From assembly GCA_013265495.1 (NCBI GenBank), contig MU062453.1:930001-994000 (forward strand): DNA of 64,000 bases, given 5' to 3'. The first letter of the stretch is position 1, and every line of letters begins with the position of its first letter. Positions 58,239 to 64,000 of the stretch are shown here, one piece after another. The notes below the pieces were generated by a model. The model saw nothing but the letters and a program-made list of their open reading frames with translations. It searched no databases and was not told the DNA's origin. Position numbers and translations under genes: made by a program. Origin of the DNA: Vicugna vicugna. Taxonomy: Eukaryota.

Positions 58239-61200
58239 TGATCTAGACCCACAGAAGGAAAGATAAGTTGTATTTTAACACCATACAGGCAGTCGCCTTC
58301 CTGCACAGTAACACGGATATACACACAACTGAAAGAAAGTATTAACAAAATAACACTCCCCCGGCCACCACCACCACCACACACCCCTGAGATCCAGGGT
58401 TTCTGGTTCTCTTCTCTTCTACTGAGGCAAGGTGTCCTGTAGTGATAAAGCACACAGATTGTGGAGCCCGCCTGCTGGGGTTCGAATCCTGGTTTTGCTG
58501 TTAGCTGTGTGACCATAGAAAATTGCTTAACCTCTCTGTGCTTCAGCTTCTTCATCTCTGAAATGGGGATAATATTTTCTGGGATGGTTGCAACATTTAG
58601 CCATGCTTGGCATGGACTGTACACTAGACAGATGTTGGTCATTTTAAGCAGCAAAGTTCATCTTTGTTTTCAGTGGTGGTTACATCCCTAGATTGACTTC
58701 ATGGCCCACCAGTGGGTTGGCCCAGCTTGTAAATGCTGTTCCATAGAGTAGCGGGAACAGTGCGGTCTTTGAAGAATGATGTGATGTGCAGCGGTTAGAA
58801 CCCAGCTCCGTGTCTTCCTGAATGAGGGACTTCAGGCAACTTCCTTCTACAGTCTGAGCCTCTGTTTTCCTTCTGTTCCGTAGAGCGGAGAGAGCAGTAT
58901 CTACCCTGTAGAGCTGACCTGACGTCTAGTGGGAAAATGCAGAGTCAGGGGCTCAGCACCAGGCCTGGCCCTCGGAGGCACTCAGTTCCTGTAGGCACCA
59001 CCGTTTTTGTAATTCCTCCTTCTGTTGCAAACACTATCCTCACACAATAAAAAAATCACCCCCATATAGCAGTAGCTGTTCTCTGCGCTACACGGTTAAC
59101 AGCACCAGTCCAACAGATAGGTAGTGAAACTAGCCTTGTAGGACACAGACGGCAGCTAAGGCACAGAGATGGTAAGCAACTTGCTGGGAGTGACACAGCT
59201 AGGAAATAGTGGGGCTTGGGTTTGAGCTCAGCCTTTGTGGTCAAGATTCCACTGTTACCACTGTGTTGAACTGTTGCAAAAATGGGAGTTGGGGGTAGGG
59301 GGGATACAGAAGGAGGCGAGGGAGATCTTGAGGCTTACCACTAAACAGCACATGTTCAGTTAACCCTTAGTGTGCCTGAACGGTGTGTTCAGAGCCACAA
59401 GGGGGCCATAAGCACCCCTGGGGCTCCCGCAAGTAAGCAGCTTAGGCCTGGCTGGAGGCATAAACCACCCCTTGCAGGGAAGTTAGATAACCAGCAGGTG
59501 GGCACCACACCCCCTGGCCTGCTGGATCCAGACCAGGAGCTCAGCTGTCACGCCTTCCCCTGGGAGTTAAACTCTGTAGACAAACCTGCTTTTGCTTCTC
59601 CAGTATTTAAAGGACACTTTAATCCTCAAGACATCCAGAAACTTTGGTAACTCCCACCCACCACAACCACCCCCCCATACCCTTTCCTTTTAATGACATA
59701 CTAATTACGTTTTTTGAATAGTTAATACCTACACATAGTACAGAAGTAGCAATTAAATCTTCCCCCCGTCCCTGTCCCGCAGCCACCCATGACTCTTCCC
59801 CAGAAGCAGCCCCTGTCCCCAGTTCTTGGCTGTCCTTTTGGAGGTAGTCTGTGCATGTCACATTCAACACTTTTTATACAAATGGTAAAAACCCAACCCT
59901 AGACCTCCCAGAACGCATAGCTTTTCAGCTGCTGCCTGTGGCTCACTCTGGTGTGTTCCCATCACCAGCTTACATTGTCAGGTTCTGGATTCTGTCATAG
60001 AGAACTGGCCAGATCAAAGAAGCCATTGGTGACTTTCATTGGATAAACGTCTGAGGCCTTGTTGGCTTCAGTGGGAAGGCATGTGGGGATCAATTAGTGA
60101 TGTCTGCCATGATCGTGGGAGGAGGAGTTACGGGGGATGCTGCAGATTTTTCTCCCTTGGTCCAGACAGTGTTTCTCAGACTTCAGGGACTCGGTATCTT
60201 ATTCACAATTTTGTCACATCTAAGTACTACCTGTATTTGTTTTTTTTTTAATTTATAGACTTCTTTTGGCTTAAAATAAATTCATTTTAAAAGGCAATTT
60301 TTAGCATTACCTTAAGTGAAAAGCCAGTATTGTTTGCCATAAATGGAAAGAACTGGTAAAAATAAATTCACTGAAAATAAAACAGTGTTATTAAATTCTA
60401 GTCAAGGCTCTGAACCTCTGTAGCTAAAAAGAGAGATTGCTGAGTATTAGAGATTTTCTCCTTGACCTAGTGATAATTAATATTTATTTAATACTTACTG
60501 TGTTCCTGGTGCTACCTCATTAACCACTCCCAAGTACTGTGTAATATAGGAATTATCATGTCCATTTTATAGAAGAGGTAACTAAGGCAGAGAGAGGGAC
60601 AATAACATGATCAAGGTCACTTACTTAATGAGTCGTGAAGCCAGGATTTGGACCCAAGCAGTCTAATTCCAGAGTCCAAGCTCTTAACCTCTGTGCTAGG
60701 CTGCCTATGAGATAGATTGAAAGAGAATTAAAAAGGGAGTCATCTAAAATTATCTTTTGTACACCCACTAGGGATTTTTGCCACACTGTGGGACCTCTGG
60801 ACTAGTAGAAGAAGCAAAACTAGACTTAGGACATAAATCCAGATTCTAATCCTATTTCTGCTGCTAGTTCATATATGACCCTGATGTTCTATTTCCGCAT
60901 CTGTGAAGTACAGGAGTTGGGCTATATTTGAGTTTCTAGATGGCAGGAGCCGTTCCTTAATCTCACCAGGACTGTGGCAGCTAGCATACATTTCCAGTTA
61001 GAGTTCATTCAGCCAGAAGCAACCAAAAACCCAGTGTCCCAGCTTCCCTAGATCTATCTGCTCTATTGTCCTTAGCCTCTAGCTTCCATCCTTTCTTGTC
61101 ACCTAATAGTCACCAAATGGCTGCTTCACCTCCAGCCCTCTCCTCCACATTCCAAGTAGGCAGACAGAGAAGAATCAAGAAGGATCAAAGCCATGATCAG

Positions 61201-63337
61201 GAAAGCTAAAGTTTTCAGGTGTTGTTGTATTGGCTGGATTTGTGTCATATGACTGCTCTTGGCTGCAGAGGAAACTAGTGAAGTGATTATTTTTACCTGG
61301 GTGCATTTCTACTCCAGGTGGCTTCTCTTAACAAGAATGGGGAGGAAATGGATCTAGAGGAGGCAATGATTAGGTGACTATGAATGCTCAAAGAAGGAAA
61401 GGAAGGCGGGGAGGGTTAATCTCTGACCCCTTCCAGTTCTATCAAGCTGTGATACAAGAATGTTCATCCTTCTCTCACTTACAGATCTCAGTGCCCAACA
61501 GCATGCATGCTCTATTTTTCCATAAAAGGGCTTCTCTGTGAACTTCTACATGTTGAGGCCACTTTTGTTTTTCCTGGCAAACTTATTCCAGGGGAATGAA
61601 AGTTCACCACGGTGCAGATGTATATTTAAGTACGACAGGAGGCATAGTGGGGAACCCATGGAAAGGGAATGTTTTAAAAGGGGGAGGCAAACATTCAGCC
61701 TGGGGAGGTCACCTAGAAGTCTCAGGAAGAATGTATCAGGTGTCTTCCAGCTACAGCCAAGGACAGGAAGTACCCTTGGAGCCAGCCTTACTTCTTCCCA
61801 GGTGCCCATGGCCATGAGCGTGGACAGCATTTTACCTGTGGCCTGCCAGCACCCTTCCTCCAACGCAGCACCCATAAGGCAGTTTTTCCTCATTTCTGAC
61901 CTGGCCTGACTTAGCATTTTTCCCATCACTTTCTAGCTAGGTGGCCTTGCACAAGTTTCTTAACGTCTCTGTTCCATAGTGTTCTCTTCTATAATGGTCT
62001 GATGATGATACCTACTTCATAGAATGTTTATGAGGGTTAAACGGGTTAATACATTTAAAGCTCATAGAGATTTTCCTGGCTTATGATAAGCTCTGAACTA
62101 AGGTGATTTGTTATCATCACCATCATTGTCCAGGAGGGGGTCAATGGAAGTTGGCACCTTCCCAAACAACATTGGGCAGCTTTTGAGTAATTATCTCATT
62201 TTTGCAGTGGTTACAAGGAATGGTTCAACTTTATGAGACTTTGACTCCCAATGAAGTTGTCCAGAGACTGAAAATCCTTTTAAACACAAACTTAAATCTG
62301 TGTTTTTGGAGAGAAAGCTTTGGGAAGGTATTCATGGGCTTGGTTGATGTCAAACGGAGCTGGGCACTGTTTATCAGCATACCCCTTCCCATCAGGGCTC
62401 TGCTCTTGGTTTTACCCAAACCCAGGCGATACCCTTCACCCCCAAGTCTTCCCAGACTTAGAAGTTTATCAGGACCATTTTCAATATGCAATGCTAATGT
62501 GCTAACATGTCTTGAGAAAGTAAAGGGCCTTCTAATGGGGCTGCTTCCCAGATGCTTGTGTCCACACTTCCTAAAAGCCCCGGGCCCCCATGAACACTTC
62601 TTATGTTCATTCGTTTATTCAACCAATGTTTGTTGACAGATACTGTGTGCTGGCCATGGTTCCAGGCACTTGAGATGCTTCAGGGAACAAAATAGACAAA
62701 AATCTATTTCTGTGGTGGGAAAGACAGACAAAAATGAACATAGGAAATAGAATAATGAGTACATTTTACTGTCAGCTAATAAAAACTATGGATGAAGAAC
62801 AGAGCCTGGTCAGCAGAGGATCAGGGGTGTGGCTGTGGGGACAAGTTGCACCTTTACATCAGTCTAGGTCTTGCCAAGAAGGTGACATTGAGTCATTGGT
62901 TCACTCAACCATCGGGTATTTATAGAACTGCTGTTGTCAACCCTTTCACACCTTCACTCGATAAATATTAATTGAGAGTAGTCTGTGTACCAGACACCAT
63001 GCTGTGAGCTTAACTAACATTCAGTCTCATTTCATCTCACAAAAATCCCGTGAGGTGAGTACTAATACTTCTCGCATTTTGTAAATGGGTAAATTGAGTC
63101 CCAGAGAGGTGAAGTGAGGTCCCAGGATCACATAGTCAGGGAGTGGCCAAATGTCATTCTGAATCCAGGTCTGAGAACCTCCCAAATGCACACTTCCTAC
63201 CACTTAAATATTCTAAACAAATAGTCACACTGATGGAATGATTGCGATGGGACTGTTGCTATGAAAGAAGGGTAAGTGGGGCTGTGAGGAGCTGTAACTG
63301 GGCATGGGGAACTAGAAAGAGAAATAGAACAGTTCCT

Positions 63338-63953
63338 GTGTGTGGGCTGGCTATAGCTGTGTAACAAACCACCCCCAAAATTTAGTGGCTTAAAATAGCA
63401 ACAGTGTGTTACTTCTCATAATTTCTTGGGTGGATTAGGCTCGGCTGAGTGGTTTTTCTGCTCTTCCTGGTGACATCAGGGGTCATCATGCAGTCACTTT
63501 CAGCACAGATGTCCGAGAGAACTGTACTCACTCATCTGGTAGCTGGGGACCCTAATCCTCCTCTGCATGGCCTCTCTTTCTCCAGGTGTCTAGTCAGCTT
63601 CCTTCCAGTGTGGTGTGGCTGGATTCCCAGAAAATGAAGGCAGAAACCTGCCAGCTGTCCTAAGGCCTGAGCTTGGGAGTTCCAGAACATCACTCTTCCC
63701 CAGGTTATTATTGGCCAAAGCAAGTCACAAGGGCAGCCCTTCCATCTCCTCTGTCATGCAGACCTTTTTGCCTCCCTCTTACTAAGACCCTTGTGATTAC
63801 GTTGGACTCCCTTGAATAATCCAGGATAATCTCTCCATCTCAAGATCCTTTATCACATTAGAAAAGTCCTTTTTGCCACATAAACTAGCATATTCATGGG
63901 ATCTGAGGGTTAGGACATCAGCGTCTTTGGGGGCCATTATTCCGCCAACCACA
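63338..63953 (-). mobile_element. MLT1H/G-like LTR (about 63338-63739) followed by an MLT1C/D 3' fragment (about 63740-63953)
   Basis: gctgtgtaacaaaccacccccaaaatttagtggcttaaaatagcaac...; gacccttgtgattacgttgg...aatccaggataatctc...ggggccattattccgccaaccaca. Confidence 0.75.
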
Positions 63954-64000
63954 GATACACAGTAACTTTTTTTTTCACTGTAGGAAAGATATCAAGCCAA

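Noticed and set aside
61420-61460. EYA2 exon 6 (acceptor-like ccccttccag followed by TTCTATCAAG)
   Set aside because: Only 10 nt resemble the recalled exon 6, and the flanks do not encode GTTG before or GGNGLG after. Exon 6 is probably beyond the window.
61733-61744. SIX1/2 (MEF3) autoregulatory site
   Set aside because: A single one-mismatch hit (GTATCAGGTGTC) is expected by chance, and no cluster was found.
1-64000. CRISPR arrays, rRNA, operons, NUMTs, snoRNA or miRNA genes
   Set aside because: Eukaryotic intronic DNA with no repeat-spacer array or recognisable structured RNA gene. A covariance-model search (Infernal/Rfam) was not possible and would be needed to exclude small RNAs.

Overview
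Mammalian, GC-moderate genomic DNA. It is almost certainly camelid, because it carries two Vic-1-type tRNA-derived SINEs and artiodactyl-type L1 3' ends. The whole window lies inside EYA2 on the + strand: the end of intron 1, coding exons 2-5 (19730-19848, 28257-28302, 31617-31759, 38969-39085) and about 25 kb of intron 5. All four exons have canonical AG/GT boundaries and splice in frame to [138 protein letters not shown](G). Exon numbering follows my recollection of the human gene. The rest is mostly old interspersed repeats (MIR, L2, L1M, MLT1/MLT2 LTRs, MER20/MER58/MER5/MER3/MER33, Tigger1), a few younger L1/SINE insertions with target-site duplications, microsatellites and four N runs. 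The most notable unexpected element is a decayed, intronless, sense-oriented SLPI/WFDC-like processed pseudogene (57311-57981) in intron 5. Its 5' edge is a weak splice acceptor that would be in frame with EYA2 exon 5, and it brings its own AATAAA. Other leads are two repeat-driven cryptic exon candidates and several strong transcription-factor motifs (POU4F, NFI, paired SOX, NF-kB plus C/EBP). I see no evidence of a self-contained novel multi-gene system. Repeat family names and boundaries come from recalled consensus sequences and are approximate unless a TSD is quoted.
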